Shown piece by piece: positions 35,401 to 48,800 of a DNA stretch of 64,000 nucleotides; position 1 is the stretch's first letter, and every line of letters starts with the position of its first letter. The stretch comes from Tubiluchus corallicola (lineage: Eukaryota > Animalia > Priapulida). Below the pieces are notes generated by a model. The model did not search any database and was not told where the DNA came from. It saw nothing but the letters and a program-made list of their open reading frames with translations. Position numbers and translations under genes: made by a program. The stretch is from positions 1 to 64,000 of the forward strand of contig JAQGDQ010001032.1 of the NCBI GenBank assembly GCA_030141605.1, written 5' to 3'.

Positions 35401-35850
35401 AGCATATATAAGGTTGTTTTCAATAATATTTCAAGTGCAGCTGATATTGACCAAATTTAACAAAAAGTTTGGTGTTAAGTTAATATTTCTTTGAGTAAGC
35501 AGGACATCTTTGACACGCCTTTTCAATTTTACGGTTGCTGCAGAACTGTGAACTTTCTGCAACTTGTTCTAGTACTAAATTATAGACAGCACACGACCAG
35601 ACGGTTTAGTCTAGTGGTAATGCGTCTGCTTTCCGTCTGGGAGGTCGTGAGTTCGAACCAGCGACCGGGTCACACCAAAGACTTTAAAAATGGTACCTGC
35701 TGTTGCCCTGCCTGACGCGTGGTATTTAGGGTAAAAGTGGGGTAATAATAGTCTCTGTTATGCAGTTGTAGGTTGTTATTTACAGTCGGCGATAATAGCT
35801 CTTTGAGCTAATGTTGACCCAAGAGCCGACTTTAAATAAAGGTTATTATT

Positions 35851-35882
<32 letters not shown>

Positions 35883-37876
35883 GGTGGTGGTGGTGGTTGG
35901 TGTTGTTGTTGTTGTTGTTATTATTATTATTATTATAGTATTCTTGTGATAACATGTCAAAAAGTTTTATTTCGGGTTTTTCTCAAGTCTGTTTACGCGT
36001 TAATGAAACAATTAGTTTCTTGTATTTTCTGCAAGTTTTAAAAACTTTCTTCAGAAATAAAAATCGTCCAGCCGTAAAGGTTTCGACAGTTTCAATCATT
36101 GATTCTTTGTATTGACATGCAAACACAGAGCGGCTGTCAGACACATGTGCACCAATCTTGTGCGATTAGCGCCTCATATCAGCAGCCCTTATCGATGTGA
36201 AGAATTGCTTTTAAAACTAGGTCGACCTAAGATTTTTTATTATCTATTATCTGCTTAATAAATAGTTGATAATTCTTTAAACGATAAGCTTTAATAAACT
36301 AACAAAGGCCCCGCAAAAAATTTTGTGTGTAAATACACGTATGATCAAAAATACGCAAACATCCTACATAGTCCTCATTTATAGCGCAAAGCCAGCAGCA
36401 GCTTTTACTGAATTAAAGCTATAAGGTTATAGACAGAGTATAATGGATGACGTCACAACAATGGCTTTGCATCAGCAGTTTTCTAAGCAAAAATTGCTGA
36501 AAATAGAACATCTAATTAACTTTTATTAATTGGCTCATAGTTTTTCTGTATTTTTGCAGACATTGGACTGGGAAGTGGAACTCGCTATTATTGTTGGCAA
36601 AAAGGGAAAAAATATTAAAGTAAGTCGGGTGATCAGAATGCGATTTAAATTAATGATTGATACATTGAGTTCACTACTTCATTTGTTATTATGCAACGTG
36701 ATACAAACACTTAAATAGTGCTTGACGGAACTTTTTATGGAACACTGCCAATTTAACTTGTCTGTTTAGATGTTGCAGACACTCTTTGATTACAGTCAAC
36801 CTCGGGTACAAGGTACTCGCTTATAAGGGACCATCAACACCGCTCCTGATTTTTCGTAACGTTTTTTCTATCTAAAAATCTTCGTATATAAGGTACTCGG
36901 ATATAAGGGACTTTCGGTTATAAGCGGCGATATCTTCAGGTCCCGTGTAATAGAAACCCAGGTAAATTACCTCGCATATAAGGGACCCTATGATCAAAGT
37001 GAAGTTGATTGATTTTTAACCTCAATTTTTCGCAAACTCGGCCTTCGAACAGTTCGGTTTCCGCGGTCACATACATCTCGCATCACTGAAGGAGCTTCCT
37101 ACATGCCATTTGCATTGAATGTGTAGCAATAATCCATAAAAATATGGGTGAAAGTGCAGAAAAGTACAGGTCTAGATACACGCTCGGTCTGACTCAACTT
37201 TGGCTATAAGGGACATCAGATATAAGGGACGATATTTTCCGGTCCCGGGGTGTCCCTTATATCCAAGGTTGACTGTATTTCAGATGCTGAGACCAGATTG
37301 GGTCCTTTTAACTTAACATTAAGCTTACACCTTTGTCAGTGCCATCATTGTTCCCTAATGAAACGTTGCTTTCTTTCATGAAATTTCAACAGTTTATTTC
37401 TTGTATTTGTTTCAGTTGTCTGAAGCAATGGATCATGTATTCGGTTACACGGTAGCTCACGACGTCAGTGAACGGACATGGCAACTGCAACGTAATGGTG
37501 GCCAGTTTCTATTAGGCAAAACAATGGACACGTTCTGCCCTCTTGGTCCTGTTGTAGTTACTAAAGATGAAATTCCAGGTAAGCAGTGCAGTAGTATATG
37601 TATGTTAAATGTATGTGACAAAAACTACTATCGAAAGAAATATCTAAATGTGCCAGTTTATTCAAACCGTTTTGATCCATTGTGTAAAATGCAGCATTAT
37701 CTAAAGCTTTACCTGTAGAATTTTTACGGTCATGCACTGAAAACAATGACAAATATGCTGTTGAGGAAAATTAACTTCCCTAATCTTATTAACATTTACC
37801 TTATTACAGATATAGTAAAGTGTAAACTATTGTACCAATTGTTATTCTATAGAATGCACAATTTCACACTGCCTGT

Positions 37877-37907
<31 letters not shown>

Positions 37908-40900
37908 TCCAGAGGTAAAAGAAAATCAATACATCAATGCTGCTTAAATCACATAAATTAAAGGTTTTATGAGTTTTATTCATATTTCTGCTGACTAATT
38001 TCTTTCTGTTTGCTTAAAACCACCTATCTTTCTTACCAGTAGCTGCCTAAACTTGCTAGCGATTTCTTCTCCTCCCGTTTAAACACTGCGTGTATATATA
38101 TATATATATATGATTGTTATACTTCCAACGAAATCAAGTACGGTACACACATGTCCAGGTTAAGATAGTTACCTGTCTTATAGTTATAGCAGTAATATAC
38201 ATATAAAGTAGCATAAAAATGTACGCTTATCACAGAGATAAGGACAGAATGTACATTTATAGTGGGGGTACATGGGAAGCTTAGAAACTTTAAAAGAAAC
38301 AGTTTACAATACTAGTACAATATTATGTATAAATTCTCACTTGTAGAGGCATTAATGGTCTCCAAGAGGGCGCATATTTCAAGTAAAAAATTGCGTATGA
38401 ATATAAGAATAGCTAGTTGTAATAGGTTGTTTCATAAATTCTATGGTCTGCTATTTGCTTTTGTGAAGCTAATGAGTTTCTTTAGCTTTTTGACATCTTC
38501 TGGGGGCAAGTACCCTCATCAACGAAGCTGAGGGCACGTACCCTCAACAACCAATCTGAGGGCACGTACCCTCAACAGCCAATCTGAGGGCACGTACCCT
38601 CAACAACCAATCTGACGGCACGTACCCTCAACAACCAATCTGAGGGCACGTACCCTCAACAACCGATCTGAGGGCACGTACCCTCAACAACCAATCTGAG
38701 GGCACGTACCCTCAACAACCGATCTGAGGGCACGTACCCTCAACAACCAATCTGAGGGCAACAGCAGATACCATTTTTAAAGTCTTTGGTATGACCCGGC
38801 CGCTGGTTCGAACTCACGACCTCCCAGAAGGAAAGCAGACGCATTACCACTAGACTAAACCGTCTGGTCTAAAAGTTTGTTAATAAAGATTTCTATTTTT
38901 TTAATTATAATTGCCTTATCACCGTGGCAGCTTTTTTTGTGCATAGAAACTACAGGTAAACAATTTACTGCATTTTATACCGCTTCTTTTTAAACCCATT
39001 ATCTATTAACGTAAGTCATTACTCAACAAGATTTAATGAATTTCGTATTAAGTATTGCAGGACTGATGCGGCAAGGCACTTCATCACTAACACTGGCCCT
39101 AGACTTTGGAATAACATAAACGAATATGTAAAAAAGTCTCTATCTATAAATAACTTCAAAAGAAATCTTAAAAGTGAAATCTTTTCTAATTATACAGAAT
39201 AAATCAATTTGATTAATTACACTGCTGTCCCTGTCGGAATCCATCACGTTGCTGGCTATGTCAATTTTTACATTTCTATAGTTCACGTTACTTCATACAG
39301 ATACCATCACATCTTTCTCCTTCTTTCTATTCTCTATTAACCTTTCTTTCTACTCCTTTACTGCTCTTTTCTATTACACTCAATCCACATTCATTACTTC
39401 ATTCATTACTTCATACAGATACCATCACATCTTTCTCTTTCTTTCTATTCTCTGTTAACCTTTCTTTCTACTCCTTTACTGCTCTTTTCTATTACACTCA
39501 GTCCACATTCATTTGGGGTGCTCTAAACAAGTAATTACTTCTTGAGTACCCCACGGGTCATTTGCAGCTTGGCATCTTGTGTACATAATAATAAATATGT
39601 TATTAAATACCTTTATGTACAATGCTGTAATAATCGTTGCGGATATATTTAATAAATAAATAAATAAATTTTTTGCTTGAACTCTCTGCAGTTTACTTAT
39701 CATAATTTTCAGACCCTCACAATTTGATGTTGCAAACAAAAGTGAATGGAGTCACCAAACAAGAGAGCAATACAAGACAGATGGTTCATCAAACACCTCG
39801 GCTCATTGCTTTCATATCCAGGTTTATTACACTTTATCCCGGTGACGTCATCCTGACTGGGACACCTCCGGGAGTAGGTTGCTTTCGTAAGCCTCCGGAG
39901 TATTTAAAAGTAAGCTGTTTTCATTGCTGCTGCACCTTGAGATGAAATTATTGAGCCTACTGTTATTTTTTTTTTACAAAATGTGGCAAGACTGGAATCC
40001 AGTTCGTTATCAAGGTTACGTCTAATAAATCCCTGAACCTTCAAGGGTGTCATAGTGAAGTTAGAATGGGACGTGAATGCATCCACCCCCTGCATGGTAA
40101 ACTCTCAGAACCAGTATAGAGAATGAAACCGCCCCGTGAACCCTCAGGGGTGTCGCAGTGAAGTTAGAATGGGATGTGAATGCATCCACCCCCTGTATGG
40201 TAAACTCTCAGAACCAGTATAGAGAATGAAACCGCCCCGTGTACCCTCAGGGGTGTCGTAGTGAAGTTTGAATGGGACGTGAATGCATCCACCCCCTGTA
40301 TGGTAAACTCTCAGAACCAGTATAGAGAAAGCCAAGCTCTGCATGGAGTGACCTTGAGACAATTTTGTGTGTTGCTAATCTGGCTCTTATAGCAGCAGGT
40401 TACAGACAAAATTTCTTGGCATAAAGTTTAAACTCGAGTGTCGCTTAATACAAACGGTTAAGATTTAGTACGTAGTCAGTCGGGAAGGAAAAGCATTGTA
40501 ATAGTTGCATTATTTAAGTTGCTCATGTGTTTTTAGAACTGAATAACACAATATGTACCATTTTAATGCTTCAAATTAGGTAAAAAAAGTTGTTGATAGA
40601 ATAAAAAATGGCTGTGAGCGCAAAGTAAACAAAATTATAGTTAAAACGAAACAGTGTGTCGTTAAGTGAGAAAAAAGTGTCAAATATTCAGCATCTTTAA
40701 AACGAAACGTCGCTAAACGGGGAATCGTTAAGCGAGGACTTACTGTATTCTAAATGAAATGTTTTTTTACGTTTATTGCAGGAAGGTGATGTAGTTGAAT
40801 GTGAAGTAGAAAATATCGGCTGCGTAGTGAACAAAATTTGGTATGTTGTTCTAGTGTATTATGGTGTTACGTTTTTATGTCACTTTTGTCCTTAAACAAG

Positions 40901-43128
40901 TTATAATTTATAGGTTTTACACATCAAATGTAGACACAGGAAAGTTCAAATGTGACTTAGGTAAGTCAAATGTAGACATAGGAATTTGGATGAAAAGATA
41001 AAACCAAATTCAAATTCAAATAACTTTGAAAAATGTGTTGTTTATCCTCAAACGAAATTCTTTGATAAACCATAATGTCGGCAGAAAAGAATAAATCGGT
41101 TCCACTTCTCAATGAACAGTGAATCACTAATTACTTTTTTAAGTAATGCATTAGCACTGCATTAATGAATTAGTTTCTCTCAAGAAACATTGTTTATTTT
41201 AAGAATGTATTGTTTTCTCTAACAGTTCCAGTACTATGTAAAGTTTGCTGAACATTAGTGAACTATTAGTAGACCTATAAAGTTATTATTTTCACAGCAA
41301 TTATTAAATTGAAATTAAAGAAGATTAAATTTAACATCCTTAAACTTTACCACCTATTCACATTTGAGATACCAATGTCACATTTGACTTGACATGTGTC
41401 TACATTTGACTTGCCAAATACGCTTAAGTTTTCTTGAAAACCATTGTTAACACATTTGAACCACCTAAATCTACATTTGAGTTACCAAGATGCATTTGAA
41501 TTACCTAAATCTACATTTGAGTTAACGCAGGTCTATATTTGACATGTAAAACCTATACTTTAACTTGAAAACAAAAATTTCAGTTGGAATACAGACAACA
41601 TTTTCAAGCTAAGTTTTAGATTGCAAAGAAAAGCATTAGCAAAAAAATGTAAAAGGTGAAACAAAAGCGTATTGTCAAAGGCCCACGTAGGAAATAATCA
41701 AGTAAAAGAAGCTCCTGATTAAATAACTATGGAAGTTTTTGCTGAATCAATCAAAGTGGTTTGTTTATGATATTGCAGCAATGATCAGGCTGAAATAACA
41801 ACAACAAAATAATTACATATAATACTGCCAAACCGCATAGAGCGTAAGTACAAATATAAATGTTTTGAATTATACTAATTTAAGAATTGTTCCTTTAATC
41901 ACAATGGTATAACTGCAAATAATATACCGTTCTAAATGTTAAACATCTCCTTCACACTGCATGGAGTTCTTATTGTTAAATGTGTTAAAAATTGCCTCCT
42001 GGTAAACGGCAATATGGGTACTCTTCATATGCAGAAATCTTCGACATCCTCTACTGATCATGTTTTCTTCATTTAAGTGCATGCCTGCCCATTCCAGCCA
42101 AATGCATGCGCAGAGACATTCTATTCCTTAGTTCTTAGTTTCTTGAACTGAGACAAGTAATTTGCATCTTTGTAATTTGCAGTATGTATTTTAAACTAAA
42201 ATTAGCGTATCAGACTCTCTCGGGCAAAACCAATTTCGTTAAGATATGTTGACTTTCATAATTTTTCTCGAGTCGCAATTTTAGGTAAATCCATTATTAG
42301 TTAAATTTATTTTTTTTAGTTTAAATGTTTTTATCGTCGACAGCAATAGCAGTGGTAGCAAAAGCAGTGATTATTATTATCTGATATTAAGTGAAAAATA
42401 TGAACTTCTAATTAAGCTTCTAAGTAAATCGTAAATAATATGCTGTTTCTTTATGCCAAAATAGTGGCTAGCAGCATGATTTACTGTGCGGGATTACTTA
42501 GTACACCTATTGTTCGTACAGCCTATGCACAGTTTAAATAATAGTACAGTAACATCATACTGCTCTGTATACTGTGTTTGTTATACAGATTCTTATATAC
42601 TATTAACGTATCTGTTAATGTTAATAGTATATAATGTTAATGTTAATCTGATTCTTATATCAGATTATTTAAACTACTGATTCTTATAAGTTTATTTGCT
42701 ATAAATAGATAAAAAAACATTTTTATTAATAGATAAATCATTACTCAGCAACTACCACTCTGTTCACAGTGCTCTGCTTGCTGGGGCCGCTAGTTTTCTA
42801 CTGTACTGTGGCTGTGAAATGCCTCTTCCTTACGTGATGTCACAGCACTGGCTGTCATGGCAGGCGATAATATTTGTCTAGTACCAACAGTGCTTAATTT
42901 AACTTACCATATCACATAAAAGTATGCATCAAAACTGTTTTAAAAATAGAAAATATATAATTCCGCCTACGCTATAAAAAATAACACCAAAAAATAGTGT
43001 AGTAAGATCTTTAAGTTACCAAAACATATTTCTAATTCTCTACTGAACATGTGATTTCCATTACATGCACATTGTGCAGTACTAATGAGTGAACTCGTCT
43101 TATTTACAGTCATTCTTCCTCGACGTAA
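32166..43128 (+). CDS. FAHD2: fumarylacetoacetate hydrolase domain-containing protein 2, spliced gene
   Basis: Exons 32166-32488, 33606-33822, 36560-36619, 37416-37578, 39713-39909, 40782-40840 and a tentative last exon 43110-43128. Motifs [52 protein letters not shown]. Confidence 0.9.
33606..33822 (+). CDS. FAHD2: FAHD2 exon 2
   Basis: ttcag|T ... AAG|gtaaac; [11 protein letters not shown]. Confidence 0.93.
33868..34752. repeat. 73-bp minisatellite x12, nearly invariant
   Basis: Unit ACATTTCCATATGACTGACTG...GTTTGAGCTC. Confidence 0.95.
34912..35280 (+). repeat. interspersed repeat (probable LINE 3'UTR), second copy at 57188-57550
   Basis: CAGATTATGCAAA...(AAT)n shared between the two copies. 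Confidence 0.75.
35595..35853 (+). mobile_element. tRNA-derived SINE family A (Meta-like core), full length
   Basis: A box TAGTCTAGTGG, B box GTTCGAACC, core GGGTCACACCAAAGACTTTAAAAATGGTACC, tail ACTTTAAATAAAGG(TTA)n. Confidence 0.85.
36303..36520 (+). repeat. interspersed repeat, second copy at 59467-59688
   Basis: CAAAGGCCCCGCAAAAAATTTTG...TCTAATTAACT shared. Confidence 0.75.
36560..36619 (+). CDS. FAHD2: FAHD2 exon 3
   Basis: ttgcag|ACA ... AAA|gtaagt; LDWEVELA. Confidence 0.93.
36793..37275. mobile_element. Tigger/pogo-like MITE
   Basis: TA-CAGTCAACCT ... AGGTTGACTG-TA; internal ATAAGGGAC repeats. Confidence 0.85.
37416..37578 (+). CDS. FAHD2: FAHD2 exon 4
   Basis: tttcag|TTG ... G|gtaagc; HDVSER, GKTMDTF. 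Confidence 0.94.
38528..38760. repeat. 28-bp palindromic-unit tandem repeat x8, abutting a SINE A fragment (38757-38869, minus)
   Basis: CTGAGGGCACGTACCCTCAACAACCAAT. Confidence 0.9.
38990..39668 (+). mobile_element. LINE (CR1/L2-group) 3' end
   Basis: Encodes [39 protein letters not shown]...*, then a 3'UTR with an internal ~120-bp duplication and an (AATA)n tail. Confidence 0.75.
39713..39909 (+). CDS. FAHD2: FAHD2 exon 5
   Basis: tttcag|AC ... AAA|gtaagc; GDVILTGTP. Confidence 0.94.
40035..40329. repeat. 103-bp tandem repeat, about 2.8 copies
   Basis: GAACC.TCA.GGGTGTC...CCAGTATAGAGAA repeated. Confidence 0.85.
40320..40745 (+). mobile_element. Tigger-like MITE fragment; inverted relative at 55490-55800
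   Basis: Ends CGTTAAGCGAGGACTTACTG-TA; reverse-complement similarity to the second copy. Confidence 0.6.
40782..40840 (+). CDS. FAHD2: FAHD2 exon 6 ([13 protein letters not shown]...)
   Basis: ttgcag|GAA ... TG|gtatgt. Confidence 0.88.
40911..41555. mobile_element. MITE with TIR TAGGTTTTACA..TCAAAT.TAGAC
   Basis: Inverted termini; subterminal CAAATGTAGAC/TCTACATTTG repeats; TA flanks. Confidence 0.7.
43110..43128 (+). CDS. FAHD2: tentative FAHD2 terminal exon (C)HSSST*
   Basis: Branch-like actaat at 43081, tttacag acceptor, phase fits. An alternative acceptor near 42182 or read-through of exon 6 is not excluded. Confidence 0.35.
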
Positions 43129-43734
43129 TTCAGAGAAGTGTGTTAAGTTGGTTTGATGGCAAGTTGCATGAGAACTTGATATTTATGTCAGTGTCATCTT
43201 CATCATCACCGACATTCATCAGCAACAACGACAAAAACACCAACAGCACCATCTGAGAAGTTCGGAAGAATCTCTCTTTAAAAGTGGTCACACTGCAAAA
43301 TCTTGCAAAGCCACCCAGAAAATGAAATTATGCCTGCAAAAGATCCCACACTTATTAGACTTTTATTCCATGTATTGCTTACTAGCTGGTTAGTACAATT
43401 TTCATTGCAAAAAATGGTGGAAAATATTGGTATTTCACTTTCCATTTTTTCCAGCACACTGAATAAACAATGATGCAGTAGTGAGATCACACAATATTGA
43501 GTGTTTGCATTTGACACCTGAATGATACAAATGATAGAAAATAATTGTATTATTGAAATAATTGAAAATTGTTGACTTTCCAGTAGTGAGTACTGGGAAA
43601 TTATGTGGAATATATGCAACTCTTTTATTTGGTTAATTTGACTTCATCAACATTTTTTTTATCTATACTGTTTCTTTTTGTTTCAATAATATTGTATGTT
43701 GATGTATTGTATATGTACTGCTGGAGTGAAATGA

Positions 43735-43836
<102 letters not shown>

Positions 43837-45801
43837 CACATTATACATAATTTCCCGGTATTGCTTTATTTGCTATTACGCATACATATAGATATATAAT
43901 TCCACCTACGCTATAAAAAATAACATCAAAAAATAGGGTCATAGGACCTTTAAGTTACCAAAATATATTTCTAATTCTCTACTGAACATGTAATTTCCAT
44001 TACATGCACATTGTGCAGTACTAGTGTGTGAATACATTAGTATTATATATATATAGCAAAGTTGGTTCTGTGCAAAGCTTATCAGTGTAATCATTATGTC
44101 TACCCACCAATGATTAATTCCACCTAGTAATTTTGGCAGAATACATGCTGTTGCGGCCACAAACTAATGTAGTGTATTGTATTGTTTTAGTTCCCATTGT
44201 TTTGTAATTTTAGAGTGAAGTCAACGACAATTCTCATTTCAATCTTGATTTTTTCCCCCAAGCATTTACAAAATTTTATGAAATTCGTAGAGATCATTTC
44301 TGAAAAGCTGCCCTGATGTAAAAATGCTATTGTAATGTAATCTAAAAATAAAAATGCAATTTCTGATGCAAAGATCCAGGTTCTGCCAGAAAACAAGGAG
44401 CTTAGTAACACCTTGCGTAGAACAGACATGACAAAGTTGTGGCTTCTAGAAAATAATATAGCTGCCATATATCACAATATTTTATGTTTCATAAATGAAG
44501 GTTGCTACACTATGGGTTAGATTCCGTTAGAAAACCATAATCTGCAAATCCAGGTACCATATCAACAGAACGATTATGTTATGTTCAATAGGTTGTAATA
44601 ATAGTTATGGTACTAACTTTTGCAGTTGTTATATTGCTATAAACAATAATTGTACATTTATATAAAAATGCAGGAAAACATAATTTTGATTAACTTCCTA
44701 AGTGAAAGTACTGTAGAAAACAAGCCAATCATTATTACACATATTTTGCTTGAGTTTTTAAAGGTGATGATATCATGTTGTCTGTAAGCAACTTGATCAT
44801 AGTTTATTGTACGTTTGTATGAATCTTGTATAACTGAAACATGCCAGGTGAAGGGAGGAACTGCAGCGAAAGTATTTTTCGTATAAAAGTCCTCTTGTAT
44901 CAGTGATTTTTGTAATAATATAATGACATTGTTTAGCACAAAAATTCCTGTACAGCAGACATAATTTTATACTTGTTCGATTTTCTTTGATATAATTTCG
45001 TTATCATTGTGAGATAACTCCTGCAAAACATTATTACGGACACATCGTTAACCAGAAAGAATATCTAAATGTGAAAAAACTGTGTGTCACTGTGAATTGT
45101 ATATGGCAACTTGATTCAGCAAAAGTCCATTACAAGTATATTAATATAATTTGATGTAACATCGAAACATTATTTTCAAAGCTACAGTTTTTTGGAAATG
45201 CACCATATTAAAATCGTTGCAAATATCAGCAAATTCAACTAAAAGCTGAGAAGAGACAAGAAAAGACAAACTTGTTAAATGTAGAGTAAGTAATTATCTC
45301 ACCAAATAAAACTTGTTGACAATAATTTGTTACGTTCTATAAAAATAAATTCTAGTTTTCTTCAATAAGAGCTGTTGGTTACAGTCAAGATGGCCATGGC
45401 TATTAGCACAAAATGCAGGCTTTCATTTGAAAATCAATAATAAATGGATACTAATCTCCTAGTAGTAATAAACTTCGCTAACACTGATCGGCTGTATAGA
45501 CATAACACAGTTTATTTACTGTGTTAATAAAATTACTACTACTGCTACTAATGAAATGAAGCCTAACGTTGTTTGTTAAGCGATTTCAATAATCTGCTTG
45601 TGCTTCACAGAGTGTTTTGATTTTGTGCTTATAATTATAGCAAAAAGTATATAAATTGTCAAACATGATAATAATAGCCTAGGCAGCTGAAAATAGCAGC
45701 AAAGAATTATGGTCGTGCCTATTTTTTGTTCTCATTGTGAATGCTACCGAACTATAATAATGGTGCGTCGTATCGTAAAGATTTCAAGCTGTTAAACTAA
45801 T

Positions 45802-45840
45802 ATGTCGCTCTCCTGTCAGCTCGATTCTTATTTAACTGAG
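45802..45840 (+). CDS. AARSD1: AARSD1 exon 1 (MSLSCQLDSYLTE)
   Basis: In-frame upstream stop; GAG|gtaatt. Confidence 0.88.
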
Positions 45841-48800
45841 GTAATTTTTATTTTATTTTGTTTTATTGATTTTTTTTGGTGTGAATGTTCTTGTTAATGT
45901 TGTTATTCTTAAGTTGTGGGCAGTTAGTTGCGTGTAATGTATAGAAAATAATTATATTAATAGACATAATAAGAAATTGTAAAAGAAAAGTTGATTTTCG
46001 TTTAGCCCCCAGTAGACATGATCATGATCATGGCAGTCTAGCCATCTGAGTAAGTTTACATTGTACCGGCTACAGCAAAATTCATGCGGATTTTTACTAA
46101 TTTTTCGCTTGAATTTAAAAGCAAATGCGTACGTTAAAATTGTTTGTTATAAAATAATCCGTGATGAGTTACCTAAGCAGTTGGTGCATAATAATTTAAA
46201 ACAACTTAAATTTCTAATTTATTTGTGTTTTTAATTTGTATCATAGTTGTGATGATTCAGATCGGCAATAATTATAAGTACATGATGGAACCAACCTTTT
46301 CATTATATAAATATTTAAATAATGTTAGAATGTGATTTCATCATATTTATGGCTATGGATATTGTGTTATAGAAATATTGTAAATGTATTACATCTGGTT
46401 GCCAGTGTATTTAAAAAATACTTAACACTGATTTGTTAAATGTAATATGTAGGCATTATAGGTAAAAAGTTACATACGTCAGCAGTAGTCTGAGTTCGGG
46501 TAAAGTGTGTCGTTGCGTCTGTCTGTGTATCTGCCGGCACAGTAAAATCATAACAGATTAAGGTCTATACACCAAACTTGACACAACGACATGTCTGTGC
46601 AAGAGCTGGAAGCACATTGATTTTTGGTCTGAATGGTCAAATGTTAAGGCCACAAGGTCAAAAATTTATCTTGACAATACTATGTTGTATGTGCTCAATA
46701 GTGGTCAAATGATCAATGTGGTCAATAGTGATTTCATGAGGTGGTTCTGCACCCAGAGTGAGTGCATCATTCAAACATAGTCGAGTAACTGTTGTTCTGA
46801 GAGTCAATAGCCAAATTCTCTGACATTTATCTATCAAAAAACAACCCAGCCAATTTGTAGATAGCTACTACATTAATTTCTAATTTCAGTTGGAGGCGGT
46901 TGTTGTTTCCTGCGAGCCATCTGAACTTTCCTCTGATAAGGGATGCCAAGAAAGCGGATACGACGTGGTGCTGACAGATACCATTCTTTTTCCAGAAGGA
47001 GGGGGACAGGTATAATACTTACAATGGCTACAATGTGAACGCATGTGTTAAGGCATAATAACCGTTAGCAGTCCTGCTGTACTTTCATAAAAAAATGTTA
47101 ACTTTTGTGATGCTATAGTTTGGGTAAGCATTAATTCAATAGTTATTTTACAAGATTTAACAAATTATTGCTTATATTCCCAGTAGTGTACAAATATGGC
47201 TTGCACAAGATTCTGGTATGTTACCGATATCTTAAATTCACAGCCCCCAATAACTGGAATAAAATAAGTGCCCAAGTAAAAATACACAAAACTATTTATA
47301 GTTTCAAAAAGTACTTGAAAAGGACCATTTTTGATACATACTTATAATACAATTTTAATGGTTCCATGTCTTATGCAGTCGCAATATATGGCCTCCAATC
47401 AATTATAATGCTGTTTTAATATGCCTCTACGTAAATTAAAAATACCCTGTGGTCATTTCTTCTCCTCTTTTCCTTCTTCCTATCCCTAATCTTACTATTT
47501 TTTTCCATTCCATCATGTCTACTAACCCGAACCATTCTTTCATTCACTCATTTCTGCCACCCTAACAAGCCAAGCTTTCAAGGTGTCATACAGCAACTCT
47601 TTTATTTGGTTAATTTGACTTCGTCAACGTTTTTTTCCTATACTGTTTCTTTTTGTTTCAATAATATTGTATGTTGATGTATTGTATATGTATTGCTGGA
47701 GTGAAATAAATTGATTGATTGATTGATCTTGGGCTCTTAGTAAATATTAACAATATGTAACAAAGAAATGAACGAGATTAGGTAATTGGACTTTATATCA
47801 CTGCCACAATATATTGCATAAAATGGAATAGAACCATAAAACGGCATAGGGGGCGTATGCTGCACAACTGTAGCAAGTTTCTATAGCACTCTCTGTGACT
47901 ACGGCCAAATCACGTTGAAAACACCGGTTCTCGTCTGTTCACTGAAGTTAAGCAACGTAGAGCCTGGTTAGTACTTGGATGGGTGACCGCCTAGGAATAC
48001 CAGGTGCTGTAGGCTTGCGGGATGCCCACACTGTATCTCGACACTAGGCGGAGGAGCTGCACAAGCAGCCAACGGCTAGAGGGCGGAGGAGGTCAAGTGA
48101 CCCAACGGCCATGTGTAGAGGAGTAAACCTTCCAAATCAGGAGTGGAGCCCCGAAGGCGGACCAGTGCAGCATGCTCACTGACTCCGGCAGCTCCTGCAG
48201 CCAACCTGGTGCCAAACGTATCGCTCCGCTTTCCTTTGGACTACACCAGGGAGGAAGAGAGGGGTTCCTGTTGTCTGGGCAACTCAGGATCTCCATACAC
48301 CTTGCCCAGGCGTGCGCCCTGGAGAGGCCACTCCAGTGGTTCAAGGATCGCACTGCTCAGCCACAGTCGACGCTGCAGCTCCATCAATGTGATCAATAAC
48401 TGACTCTCTTGGCACACACTCCATTATCTTCCGAGACAGAAGGATGCCAACAACCACACAATAGCACTGTCTGTGTTATTGTCATAATTCTTTTTTTCCC
48501 TCTATTTGCAGGTACAATTAAGTTAAATTATTTACATACAGACAAACACAACATTTGAGACAATATTACGAATTTACAAAAAAATACATAGAAATTCATC
48601 CTAAATAACAATATCACAATTACTTAGAATAGTTAGTAATAACAACAATATTAATTGGCGATGAAAACATTCAGAATATCATCTAGCTGCATTATTAACT
48701 ACACAATTTTTAGATATATTAAAGACTATTAAATAAGTTAATGCGTACTTTTTACTCTGTTATTATGGAGAGTAATTATGCTCTCTATAACTACTTACGT

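Noticed and set aside
35595-35670. tRNA gene (also 61625-61700)
   Set aside because: A/B boxes are present but there is no closing acceptor stem or terminator; the sequence continues into a SINE core and tail.
38528-38760. 28-bp palindromic repeats resembling CRISPR repeats
   Set aside because: Units are head-to-tail with no unique spacers, there are no cas genes, and the context is a eukaryotic intron. The same applies to the other arrays.
46490-46780. Possible Helentron/DINE-like repeat (GTCT microsatellite, AAGGTCA motifs)
   Set aside because: Single degraded copy in the window; termini not definable from sequence alone.
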